Origin: an uncultured Nitrospiraceae bacterium
Lineage (GTDB): Bacteria; Nitrospirota; Nitrospiria; Nitrospirales; Nitrospiraceae
Assembly (NCBI GenBank): GCA_963706325.1
Contig: CAVPLT010000004.1
Coordinates: 416,001 to 480,000, forward strand
DNA: 64,000 bases
Direction: 5' to 3'
The notes below the pieces were generated by a model. The model saw nothing but the letters and a program-made list of their open reading frames with translations. It did no database searches and was not told the DNA's origin. Of the stretch, positions 11,420 through 20,607 are shown piece by piece. Each line of letters starts with the position of its first letter. Position 1 is the stretch's first letter. A program made the translations under genes and the position numbers.

Positions 11420-13032
11420 AGAAGGGGTTTCAGGTCATTCCCCGAGAGTGATGGCCGAACTGCGCGAGCTTCGACGCGTTCGGGAAAGGCGATGAAGAAC
11501 TTGCTGCCCGCTCCCGGTGTGGATTCAGCCCAGGTTCGTCCGTAGTGTTTGTCCATGACGAGTTTCACAATCGCGAGCCCAACTCCCGTTCCTTCGTAAT
11601 CCTGAGGACCGTGTAGTCGCTCGAAGAGGCCGAAGATCTTGTCATGCTGCGATGCGTCGAATCCGATGCCATTGTCCTGGACCCAAAGAACGCGCTCCGT
11701 GACGGTCTGCGTTCCGCCGATCGTGATGGTGGGAGACCCGGTTCGGCGCGCGAATTTTGCGGCATTGTCGAGGAGATTGGCAATCGCCTGACGGACACTG
11801 ACCGGCTCGCCATAGAGATCGGCGAAGGGCAATTCAACGTGGACCTTCGGCTTTGGGCCCTGCAGGCCGCTGAATCGGTCGGTGAGAAGGGTGGTGATGA
11901 TCTCCAGAATGTTGAAGCGTTGGCGGGGCAGGTCCTGCTGCTCCAGCCGTGAATATTTGAGTAGAGCGTCGATCATGTGGGTGAGGCGTAGGGCGGAGCG
12001 ACGGATGATATCGATGTGATGACGGATTTCCGGGTCGTTGCCGTCGGCGAATCGTTTTTCAAGGAGGGAGGAGAAACCTTCGATTTCCCGGAGCGGGCCT
12101 TTGAGATCGTGTGCGACGGAATAGGTAAAGGCCTCGAGCTCTTTCGTCTTGCGGTTGGTCGCGGCCGTCTGTTCACGCAGGCTCGTGACCATGGAGGACA
12201 GGGAAGCAGCCAGCGTGCCGACTTCATCACGGCTGGGCCAGGCTTCGAATTGAGCCGTGAGGTCATGGTGGGCAACGCGGTCGGCCGTCACCGACAGTCG
12301 CTGGAGCGGCTGAGCGATCCGTCGATTGACCATGAGATAGATCAGGGCGATCACCAGCCCCAGCACGGTTACGAGGCCAAGCGCAATCAGCCGAGCCTGC
12401 TGCAGCAGCCGATCGCCTTCCACTTTCATTTCGACGTCGATGTCCGTGTGGGCCTGGACCAAGTGATCGAGATCTTCCATGAGTTGGGTCAACAAGATAT
12501 TGGCTTGGATGAAGGGGAGCCGGCTGTCTGCATCAACTGCCTGTGAATGTAAAGCGATCTCCTTCCGTAAGCCATTGAACTCCTGCAAGGCTTGATCGAT
12601 GTGAGCGATGGCTCCGTCCTCTTTCTCCACCAGGTCCACGCGCTCGTGCTGAGTCAACATACCGAATAGGATCGGATGCGTACGCGCTGCATGGGTAGAG
12701 CGATACAGCTCAAGTAACCGACGGAGTCGTTCGTCCTCGGCGGCCAGACGCGAGACGGCCTGATCCGTATCCGCCCCTTTCCCTTGCTCCAGAGAGCGAA
12801 GTGTCAGATCCATTTCGTAGACCGAGCGTTGCATGGTGGCCGCCGTGACGATGGCCGGCACGGTGATGCGTTTGTGGCGGTCGACGTAGCTATTGATGCG
12901 GCTGAGGTACAGCAGGAGAGCCGTAAGGCTCAACGCCAGTAGGCTGAGGATGACTCCGAAGGAGATGAAGAACTTCTGTCCGATCGAGCGGTCTTGGAGC
13001 CAGCGCATGCAGGCCTCGTGGTGAACAGCCAC
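11416..13032 (-). CDS. membrane sensor histidine kinase (periplasmic domain, HAMP, HisKA, HATPase)
   Basis: 2 TM, DEVGTLA HAMP, SVAHDLKGPL, NLLDNA, DNGIGF, GTGVGL; 4-nt overlap with the regulator. Confidence 0.95.
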   Translation of the reverse strand: MAVHHEACMRWLQDRSIGQKFFISFGVILSLLALSLTALLLYLSRINSYVDRHKRITVPAIVTAATMQRSVYEMDLTLRSLEQGKGADTDQAVSRLAAEDERLRRLLELYRSTHAARTHPILFGMLTQHERVDLVEKEDGAIAHIDQALQEFNGLRKEIALHSQAVDADSRLPFIQANILLTQLMEDLDHLVQAHTDIDVEMKVEGDRLLQQARLIALGLVTVLGLVIALIYLMVNRRIAQPLQRLSVTADRVAHHDLTAQFEAWPSRDEVGTLAASLSSMVTSLREQTAATNRKTKELEAFTYSVAHDLKGPLREIEGFSSLLEKRFADGNDPEIRHHIDIIRRSALRLTHMIDALLKYSRLEQQDLPRQRFNILEIITTLLTDRFSGLQGPKPKVHVELPFADLYGEPVSVRQAIANLLDNAAKFARRTGSPTITIGGTQTVTERVLWVQDNGIGFDASQHDKIFGLFERLHGPQDYEGTGVGLAIVKLVMDKHYGRTWAESTPGAGSKFFIAFPERVEARAVRPSLSGNDLKPLL

Positions 13033-13243
13033 CGTACCACAGAGACGTAGCCCCTGTCAGTCAGGTGCGGTGGCATTGAACGCGAATATCCTGCCGGAGA
13101 AATAACAACTGAGTGAAGTCCAACTACCAATCTCTGTCGCAAATTCCGAGGAGGCCTGTTGTCGTAGAAGCAATCAGCCAACAGAAGTAGCTGCACCAGC
13201 CGCACCATCGTTCAGTTGGTCGATGAAAGAGGCGAATTTTGAA

Positions 13244-13260
13244 AGGCATGGGTTCTGCAT
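13244..13260 (+). promoter_or_regulatory. putative sigma54 -24/-12 promoter
   Basis: AGGCATGGGTTCTGCAT: GG-N10-GC spacing, ~80 nt upstream of the Mop gene. Confidence 0.55.
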
Positions 13261-13338
13261 ACACATAGCCATCGTTGAGCGAATCACACATAACCGGGAA
13301 GGTCGGAAGGCCATTCCCACATACCCAGAGGAGGAGAC

Positions 13339-13554
13339 ATGTCCATCCAAGCCATCAACTCACGCAATCAGTTCAAAGGTACCATCAAGGAAATCGTTCC
13401 GGGGCCGGTGGTCTCCGAGGTCGATGTGGAAACTCCCGCCGGGATCGTGACGTCCGTGATCACCAGCCGGTCGATCTCGGATCTCCAATTGAGGGTCGGC
13501 AGCCAAGTGCTGGCGCTGGTCAAATCGACGGAGGTGTCGCTCGCGAAGGTGTAG
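13339..13554 (+). CDS. Mop/TOBE molbindin-like protein
   Basis: SRNQFKGTI, SVITSRS, ALVKSTEV; GAGGAG RBS. Confidence 0.9.
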   Translation: MSIQAINSRNQFKGTIKEIVPGPVVSEVDVETPAGIVTSVITSRSISDLQLRVGSQVLALVKSTEVSLAKV

Positions 13555-13772
13555 GGGCGAGGGTCATACACATGGACATCACTCATTATTTTCATCTGCC
13601 TCTGGTGACACCCAAAGGTTTTCCTGGTTGTCGATGCTTCGCCATTCCTCGGGGACGGTGCTGAGCCACCACATCTGACTCGTCAGCACCGTCCCGCGAC
13701 CGTTGTTCATCTATAGGAAATAGCAGATGGCACAAAGGTGCGATCCATTATTCATCTCCAAGCCCTTGCGAG

Positions 13773-14093
13773 GTGCACATGAATAGCCTTGTGGTAGGAG
13801 GTATAGCCAGACCGTTGGATCATGAATCGATCGATGAATGGATCGTCGAAACACTATGCCGGCGTGGGCCTCTGACGCTTGACTATCTTAATAGTCTGTT
13901 CCCGAAATTGGAGGAGGCGCGATTGTTGTTCGCCGTCGACCGTTTGAGTCGAGTCGGAAAAATCGTCATCGCTCCGCCCCACGGCGGGGACTACCTTATT
14001 TCCGCGAGACTGACTGAAGAGGTCGTGGCGGACCAAGGGGACAGCGGATCGTTCGTTAACTCACAAGAGCTGACGGTGGTTTGTACCCAATAA
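13773..14093 (+). CDS. hypothetical protein (possible winged-helix-like)
   Basis: ~105 aa ORF with GAGG RBS; start may be 13779. Confidence 0.5.
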   Translation: MHMNSLVVGGIARPLDHESIDEWIVETLCRRGPLTLDYLNSLFPKLEEARLLFAVDRLSRVGKIVIAPPHGGDYLISARLTEEVVADQGDSGSFVNSQELTVVCTQ

Positions 14094-14143
14094 GTCGAAG
14101 CAGTGGATGAATAGGCAGCGAAGCGTCCGAGTCGTCGCGGGAA

Positions 14144-14620
14144 GTGGTGCGTACCATGAAGTTCAACATTTATTTCGAGAGCCGAGGGCAAAGATCGCGT
14201 GATCTAACCTTGACTGTCGTCGAGGCTCCTGCGAGATCTGGGGTGCTGGAGTTCACTCTTTCCGGAGAGCTGCGGTATGTCGATCGCCAGGCCGTCCAGT
14301 GGCTGCAACTGGATGGTAGGTCCGGATGGGGTGTTGAGCGTGATGGTTGTGTGCAGCAAGCGTTGCCCGTCGAGGTTACCGATCTGTTCGAAGATCTCCT
14401 TCACATTGTCAGGGTGAGAACTGAAGGGTCAGATTGGCGGCGGATCGAGATTACCAGCCTGATTCGCGGGCCCTCGCATCGTCTTATATTGAGAGGATTC
14501 GGTATTCCAGACAGGCGAGGGATCACCGAGGCGCGAATTGTGATGACAGTTGAGGAGGCTCGCTTTGATCAGGCGCCTCAGCCGGTGTCGTGGGCAGCAG
14601 CGGGCGAGGATATTGTCTGA
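14144..14620 (+). CDS. hypothetical protein
   Basis: 158 aa ORF co-directional with neighbours. Confidence 0.5.
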   Translation: MVRTMKFNIYFESRGQRSRDLTLTVVEAPARSGVLEFTLSGELRYVDRQAVQWLQLDGRSGWGVERDGCVQQALPVEVTDLFEDLLHIVRVRTEGSDWRRIEITSLIRGPSHRLILRGFGIPDRRGITEARIVMTVEEARFDQAPQPVSWAAAGEDIV

Positions 14621-14652
14621 GGGCTTCGTCAGGTCCTGCAATGGAGGTGAGC

Positions 14653-15120
14653 ATGAAACGTATCGGAGACCCCGCACTGACTTTTCGGTTTCCGGTCATC
14701 ATTGATGGCGGCTTGGCGTCGATCGATCCTGCCCAATTGCTAGGCCAATGGGTGGCATTGTGCTTTCTGCCTCATCTGGGGGGAGTGGAGATCGATTTGC
14801 TGGATCGCCAAGGACAGGCGATGGAAGATCTGGGCGCGTTGTTGCTCGTGGTCTCACTGGAGACGCAAGCGCTGCAGCGAGAGGAGTGCCTTCGTATCGG
14901 TGCTGTGCATTTTACTCTGCTCGGTGATCCACTCAAGCGACTTCGGCGACTGTATGGTGGCGTGACCACTCAGTTATGGGGACGAGCGCAGACATTTTTG
15001 ATTGATCCGGAGGGACGATTACGGTTTCCGCTGGTGCACAGTCTCAGCGAGCAGGGGATGGGAGTGCTGACGGAATCGCTGCAAGCCCACCAAGATCAGG
15101 AGATCGCAGCACTGCTGTGA
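14653..15120 (+). CDS. AhpC/TSA (redoxin)-fold protein lacking the canonical peroxidatic Cys motif
   Basis: GQWVALCF, FTLLGDP, TFLIDPEGRLR; GGAGG RBS. Confidence 0.65.
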   Translation: MKRIGDPALTFRFPVIIDGGLASIDPAQLLGQWVALCFLPHLGGVEIDLLDRQGQAMEDLGALLLVVSLETQALQREECLRIGAVHFTLLGDPLKRLRRLYGGVTTQLWGRAQTFLIDPEGRLRFPLVHSLSEQGMGVLTESLQAHQDQEIAALL

Positions 15121-15534
15121 GGGCGGCCGCACCCTCCGACGTCGACGGAGTGCGGTAAAAGAGGATGCGAGATAATGGTCACGCTGCTGGCGGACCCTGT
15201 CATGAGCCTCGTGCAAGGCAAGCGGTGCCGGCGCGCTGCTATTCTAGAGGGGCATAGAGCCGGCTAAAGGTCAGTGCCTGGGCGTTGTCGATTCGCAACT
15301 GGTGCGTGCTTGTGTGGCTCGTGCTGAAACGAAAGATGTTACACGATCTTACTTAATGAGTCTTCAAAGATCGGCTCGCCTATTCAAAGCTACTGGCCGT
15401 AATTATAACCGTCTGTCTGCTCTGATTTATGCTCGATCTGTCGGCCCACCTCGCCTATAAACTTCGGAACTGTAGGCCAATAGATCGGTAGGCATAGTCG
15501 ACGCAGTGAACAGCACGTCGCACATGTCATCCGC

Positions 15535-15759
15535 TTAGGCCAGGAAATCCCGACCCGCTCGGTTTGCTGTATCCTTCCATAGCCTCTCAACAAATCGCCG
15601 GGCCAACCTGGTGCCCTGCGCCCGTTGAAATGCTCGCCGACGGTGGATCGGATTCATCTTCAGGTACCATCGTACAGTTTCTTCCGGTCTCCTCATGCGA
15701 GGGGTCGGGTACAACCTGCGATCAGGACCCTCGTCTGGAAACAGATTATTCTGGCTCAT
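15535..15759 (-). CDS. small basic hypothetical protein
   Basis: 74 aa with GAAGGGA RBS; no recognisable motif. Confidence 0.3.
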   Translation of the reverse strand: MSQNNLFPDEGPDRRLYPTPRMRRPEETVRWYLKMNPIHRRRAFQRAQGTRLARRFVERLWKDTANRAGRDFLA

Positions 15760-16338
15760 TGTTCCCTTCCGGTGAGACAACCGATTGTCGGTGCCGCCCT
15801 CCGGCACCATCGGCACATCACCCTTCTAAAAAGACGTTTCTGACTGAGACCCCGCATCGGGAAGGACCGCATAGGTTCATTGTTCCTTCGTAACGAGGAC
15901 CATGTCGTCGCACTGTATCCGCCTCATGCATCCTGAGGGGGAATGAGCGGGCGGGGGGCTTCAAGAGGAAAGAAGGCGCCGCCCAGGGAGTGGGGAGGGC
16001 AGGCCCACTCCTGTGCCGATGAATGGACATCGGCTGCGCGTAGAAGTCGCAGTATGCAACTGCAGTCGCCGTGCCAAGGACATCTTTGTGATTTCAGCGA
16101 AACCTGGCGTGCTAATTCGTGCCCAGCAGCAATTGTTGCTGGGCGACTGTTGGGGAATCTGCAGAATGAAGGGGAAGACTTCGTGCAGGAGACTGATCGT
16201 TATGCGGAGGTGTTGCGATTCTGCCGTGGTTGATGCTTTGAGATTCTTGCGCGCGTTAATGGAGCGAAGCACGGAGCGGCGCACGCCCTGTCGGAGTCCA
16301 TCGCGCGCGAGCGTTATCGTTGGGTAAGGTAAGTCCGG

Positions 16339-17094
16339 TTATGATTCTTGTTGTATTTTGATCATGCGGCCGGCCAATAGGTTGGCCGGAATCGCGATAT
16401 CCATTTTTGCAGGCCGTGGCTGCTTTCTGCAGGCCATCATCTTGACGAAGGTATCCTTGTCGACGGAAAGGTTCAGCCGCTCGTTGAATTGCTTTTCCTC
16501 GCGGATGGTGGAAGACACCCGGCCGTTGTAATCGTGGCCGGGGTACAGGATCGTGTCGTCGGGGAATGTGAATAGTTTCCCGCGCACGGATTCGAACAGC
16601 TTCTCCGCTGAGCCGCCCTGCAGATCCGTCCGGCCGTTTCCTCGGATGAAGAGGGCATCGCCTGTGAACAGAGCGCCGGGTAACACATAGCTAGTGCAGC
16701 TGTCCGTGTGACCAGGGGTGGCCAGCGCTTTCATTACGCTGTTGCCGAAGCCCAGCTCTTGCCCATCGTGCAGAAACATGTCCGCACCGGTGACCACGCC
16801 TTCCGCGCCGCCTCCATAGACGATGCGCGCATCGAGGCGATCCTTGATCAGTGAGGCGCCGGTGATATGGTCGGCGTGAACATGCGTTTCTAGGACAAAA
16901 AGAAGCGTCAAGCACAGTTCGCGGGCGATGGTAAGATCGCGGTCGACATTTTCAATGACGGGATCGACAATGACGGCCTGTCCTGACTCTCGGTCGTAGA
17001 TGATATAGGTACGACTTTCAGCCCTGTCGTCGATGTCTTGCTTCTGGTTCACATCCGCCAGAACGGTGACGACATAGGTCTCACTGAGGGCCAT
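16339..17094 (-). CDS. ETHE1-like persulfide (sulfur) dioxygenase, MBL fold
   Basis: LETHVHADHITG, TPGHT, FTGD...GRTD, YPGHDY, EEKQFNERL. Confidence 0.88.
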   Translation of the reverse strand: MALSETYVVTVLADVNQKQDIDDRAESRTYIIYDRESGQAVIVDPVIENVDRDLTIARELCLTLLFVLETHVHADHITGASLIKDRLDARIVYGGGAEGVVTGADMFLHDGQELGFGNSVMKALATPGHTDSCTSYVLPGALFTGDALFIRGNGRTDLQGGSAEKLFESVRGKLFTFPDDTILYPGHDYNGRVSSTIREEKQFNERLNLSVDKDTFVKMMACRKQPRPAKMDIAIPANLLAGRMIKIQQES

Positions 17095-17350
17095 GACGTG
17101 CACTCCTTAGGCGTTTTCAAGTTTTACGGACATTCGCAACGCCCAGGAGTACCGCGTCGTAGGCATAATTGTCCAGATTGCGGATGAGTCGGCATGGGCA
17201 TTGGGATTTCAGGCATCCGCATTGAATCGGCTACGGATGAGTCGCAGCCTAACCGGCTGAGGCCGACCTGGAGAGAAAAAGGATTCGCATGGTTCGAGTC
17301 ATTGGCTCACATGGCAGATTTGTCGAGGGGAGTTCAGCGGTTGCGCGAGG

Positions 17351-17740
17351 CTAGGACTGCGCCTCGCCTTGCCACAGCAGGTCATACCCCAGTTCCTTCG
17401 TGTCGGAGCAGAGCGCCGAGACCTTGGCGAACGTGTCTCGGAACAGTTGGTTGGCGTGGGATTGTTCGTGCTCCTCAAATGAGCGCCAATAGGTCACGAT
17501 CACATAGTGCTCGGCGGACTCTCTTGACGTATTGAGAGAGCCTTCGTCGGAGACGAAGCCGGAGAACTTGAACACTTGTCCGGCTATGAACCCGCCTTTG
17601 TCTCCGCCATAGGTCTCCTTGACGACACTGCACATTTGACCAACGGCCAGCTCCACATCATCAAAAGTCACGCCCGGTTTCAGAGTGACGCTGTTGAATA
17701 ACATTTTGGCGCCGAAGGGGATCGTAATCGGTCCGAACAT
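17351..17740 (-). CDS. 129-aa dimeric alpha/beta-barrel protein resembling one domain of sulfur oxygenase reductase
   Basis: GGAGG RBS; VGQMC37SV, YW-x5-H91-x3-H95, E116-x2-Y. Confidence 0.6.
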   Translation of the reverse strand: MFGPITIPFGAKMLFNSVTLKPGVTFDDVELAVGQMCSVVKETYGGDKGGFIAGQVFKFSGFVSDEGSLNTSRESAEHYVIVTYWRSFEEHEQSHANQLFRDTFAKVSALCSDTKELGYDLLWQGEAQS

Positions 17741-17818
17741 GGCAGCCTCCGAAGATCGAATGGATAGAACCATGCTGTGGGTAGCGAATGCAGTTTTTTT
17801 CTGAAAGCTGATTCTACC

Positions 17819-18796
17819 CTAAATCCTCGGTTGGTGGATCGCGTCGATCAAATGTTTGGGCTCAACGGTGGTATTACGCATTTGTGCTTGGAGCACATTG
17901 CTGCCTGGCGGCACGCTGTAGGTCAACCAGACATTCCCTCCAATGATCGATCCTTTACCGATGGTTATGCGGCCTAGGATTGTCGCGCCTGCATAGATCA
18001 CTACGTCGTCCTCGACGATCGGATGGCGGGCGTTGCCTTTGAGCAGCATGCCATTGTCACCTTCCTGAAATCGTTTTGCGCCGAGGGTGACGGCTTGATA
18101 GAGCCGCACGCGCTCGCCGATGATCGTGGTTTCGCCGATTACGACGCCGGTGCCGTGATCGATGAAAAAATAGCCTCCGATGGTCGCGGCCGGGTGAATG
18201 TCGATCCCCGTTGTGGAATGCGCGATATCGGAGATGAGACGCGCCGGCAGGCGCGCGCCCAACTCGTAGAGCGCGTGCGCGACGCGGTAGTAAATGACGG
18301 CGGTCATGCCGGGATAACAAAGCAGAATTTCGGAAGAACTGGTGGCCGCGGGATCTCCCTGGTAGGCCGCTTGCAAATCAGTGAAGAGCCGCGCACGAAT
18401 GGTCGGGAGCTGCGCCGCGAACTTGCTCGTGATGTCGATGGCCTTCTGTATCGAGGGGGCCTCGTCCTGCTCATCCTGTGCCGATATGAAGAGGAGTCCC
18501 CGGCGAACTTGATCCTGCAACATACCCAGTGTCAGGTGTAATTGGTCGCCGACAAAAAAGTCGATGTTCGACTCATTCACGTCCGATCGGCCGTAATGAC
18601 TGGGGAACAGGACGGCGCACACACCATCCAAGACTTCCATCAATGCTTTGCGGGACGGCAATTCACGCATACGGCCTTGATGGCGCACATTATGCTCGAC
18701 TTCACGCGAGTGCCGCAGCTCTTCCACGACCTGGTCGATATTCCAGGTCGATGGCGTTGCCGCCAGAGGTTGAATCGAGTTCCGGTCCATGAACAT
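17819..18796 (-). CDS. cysE: serine O-acetyltransferase (SrpH/EpsC type)
   Basis: GDPAA, GIDIHP, FIDHGTGVVIGET, RHPIVED hexapeptide repeats. Confidence 0.95.
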   Translation of the reverse strand: MFMDRNSIQPLAATPSTWNIDQVVEELRHSREVEHNVRHQGRMRELPSRKALMEVLDGVCAVLFPSHYGRSDVNESNIDFFVGDQLHLTLGMLQDQVRRGLLFISAQDEQDEAPSIQKAIDITSKFAAQLPTIRARLFTDLQAAYQGDPAATSSSEILLCYPGMTAVIYYRVAHALYELGARLPARLISDIAHSTTGIDIHPAATIGGYFFIDHGTGVVIGETTIIGERVRLYQAVTLGAKRFQEGDNGMLLKGNARHPIVEDDVVIYAGATILGRITIGKGSIIGGNVWLTYSVPPGSNVLQAQMRNTTVEPKHLIDAIHQPRI

Positions 18797-18824
18797 TCTG
18801 CCCTTTCAGTCCAGCCTGTTCGGC

Positions 18825-20603
18825 CTAATATCTCTTGAGTTGATGCAGGGCACCCACTAAGGCGTCAATTTCATCGTGTGTGTTGTAGAAAGCCAGCGAG
18901 GGGCGCACCGTGCCCTCCAATCCGTACCGCCGTACTGCCGGTTGGGCGCAGTGATGACCCGCACGGACTGCGATGCCATGTTGGTCCAGATGCCGGGCGA
19001 CTTGTTCAATAGAAAGGCCTTCCATTACGAAGGACAGAACGCTGGCCTTTGAGGCCGCGGTCCCGATAGGGCGTAGACCCCGAACCGACGAGAGGGCGTC
19101 AGTGGCGTACAGGAGCAACTCGTGTTCGTAGGCTGCGATGGCAGGCATCCCTACCTGGCTCAGGTAGTCGATGGCGACTCCAAGACCGATGACTTCGGCG
19201 ATAGCCGGCGTGCCCGCCTCGAATTTCTGAGGACTGCTTTGATAGGTCGTTTTTTGAAAAGACACATCCTTGATCATATTCCCACCGCCCTGCCAGGGAG
19301 GCATGGCTTCGAGCAGGTCGGCCTTCCCGTATAGCACGCCGATTCCGGTCGGTCCGAAGATCTTGTGGCCTGAAAACGTAAAAAAATCACAGTTCATTGC
19401 CCTGACGTCGATTGGCATGTGGGGCGTCGATTGCGCGCCGTCCACCAAGACGGGCACTCCCTGCGCATGGGCCATCGCAATCAGCTGTTCGACAGGGTTG
19501 ACGGTCCCCAAGGCATTGGACACTTGTGTGATGGCCACCAATTTGGTACGAGGGCCCAGGAGAGCTGCGAACTCATCGAGCAGCAATTCGCCTGCATCGT
19601 TGATCGGCGCGACCCGAAGCGTTGCGCCGGCCTGCTCTGCCAGCATTTGCCAGGGTACGATGTTCGCGTGATGTTCCATCGCAGTGAGGAGGATTTCATC
19701 ACCTCGGCCGACGTGAGCCCGCCCATAAGTCTGCGCCAACAAGTTAATGGCTTCGGTGGTCCCCCGAGCAAAGACGATCTCCTTCGAATCCGCAGCGCCG
19801 ATGAATCGCCGCACCTTGTCTCGTCCGCCTTCGTACAAATCGGTCGAATGTTGCGCCAAGGTGTGGGCGCCCCGGTGGATGTTGGAGTAGTCCCGGCTGT
19901 AAAATTTTGACGTGGCGTCGATTACGGCCTGCGGTTTCTGTGTCGTGGCTGCATTGTCCAGCCAGATAAGCGGTTTCCCGTTTACGTGGCGTTGCAACAG
20001 CGGAAAGTCCCGTCTGATGGCATCGATGTTCAGCGAAGATAGATTCAACCCATGCTTTGGAACGGGCGTAGCCTGCGGTGCTCTATGCGTGGCTCCATGA
20101 GATCCGCGCAGGAAATAGAAATCCGGGGTAAACAGGTCCTCATGGTGCTGCGAAGCAAATCCGAGGTCGGTGCTTTTTGCCCAATAGGGATCGGTGTGAC
20201 CGTTGCGTTCCCCATGTGGCTGGACGGGTGACGAGGCATGTCTATGGGTCTCGCCGCCGCCGTTGCATCGTGGCTCGCCGAAGGGATGGGTTTCGCTGGA
20301 GTTGTGGTCATGCCCACCCGATCCTGTGCCGGACCCCGCTGCCAGGGGGCCTTGTAGTCCAGGGTGCACAGGGGGGTGGGTGTCTGGTGTCGCGGATGGA
20401 TAGCCACCAGCTAGGCCCGGATACTGCGGTGTGCCCGTTGGAACCGCGGAGGCAAAGCTTTCTTCCCTTATCCCGTGCTGAAGAGCCGTCGGGTGAGACC
20501 CCTCGGCTGATTCCGCAAAGAATTCGTTTGCTAGCTTGGTGAGCAGCTCTGTGCCGAATGGATCAGGGCCGATACCCGTCATATTGTCCGGTGCTTGTGT
20601 CAT
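18825..20603 (-). CDS. cysteine desulfurase (SufS-like) with disordered N-terminal encapsulin cargo-loading region
   Basis: LDNAATTQKP, FSGHK (PLP Lys), RAGHHCAQP; ~190-aa Pro/Gly/His-rich N-extension with LTKLANEFF. Confidence 0.95.
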   Translation of the reverse strand: MTQAPDNMTGIGPDPFGTELLTKLANEFFAESAEGSHPTALQHGIREESFASAVPTGTPQYPGLAGGYPSATPDTHPPVHPGLQGPLAAGSGTGSGGHDHNSSETHPFGEPRCNGGGETHRHASSPVQPHGERNGHTDPYWAKSTDLGFASQHHEDLFTPDFYFLRGSHGATHRAPQATPVPKHGLNLSSLNIDAIRRDFPLLQRHVNGKPLIWLDNAATTQKPQAVIDATSKFYSRDYSNIHRGAHTLAQHSTDLYEGGRDKVRRFIGAADSKEIVFARGTTEAINLLAQTYGRAHVGRGDEILLTAMEHHANIVPWQMLAEQAGATLRVAPINDAGELLLDEFAALLGPRTKLVAITQVSNALGTVNPVEQLIAMAHAQGVPVLVDGAQSTPHMPIDVRAMNCDFFTFSGHKIFGPTGIGVLYGKADLLEAMPPWQGGGNMIKDVSFQKTTYQSSPQKFEAGTPAIAEVIGLGVAIDYLSQVGMPAIAAYEHELLLYATDALSSVRGLRPIGTAASKASVLSFVMEGLSIEQVARHLDQHGIAVRAGHHCAQPAVRRYGLEGTVRPSLAFYNTHDEIDALVGALHQLKRY

Positions 20604-20607
20604 CGCA

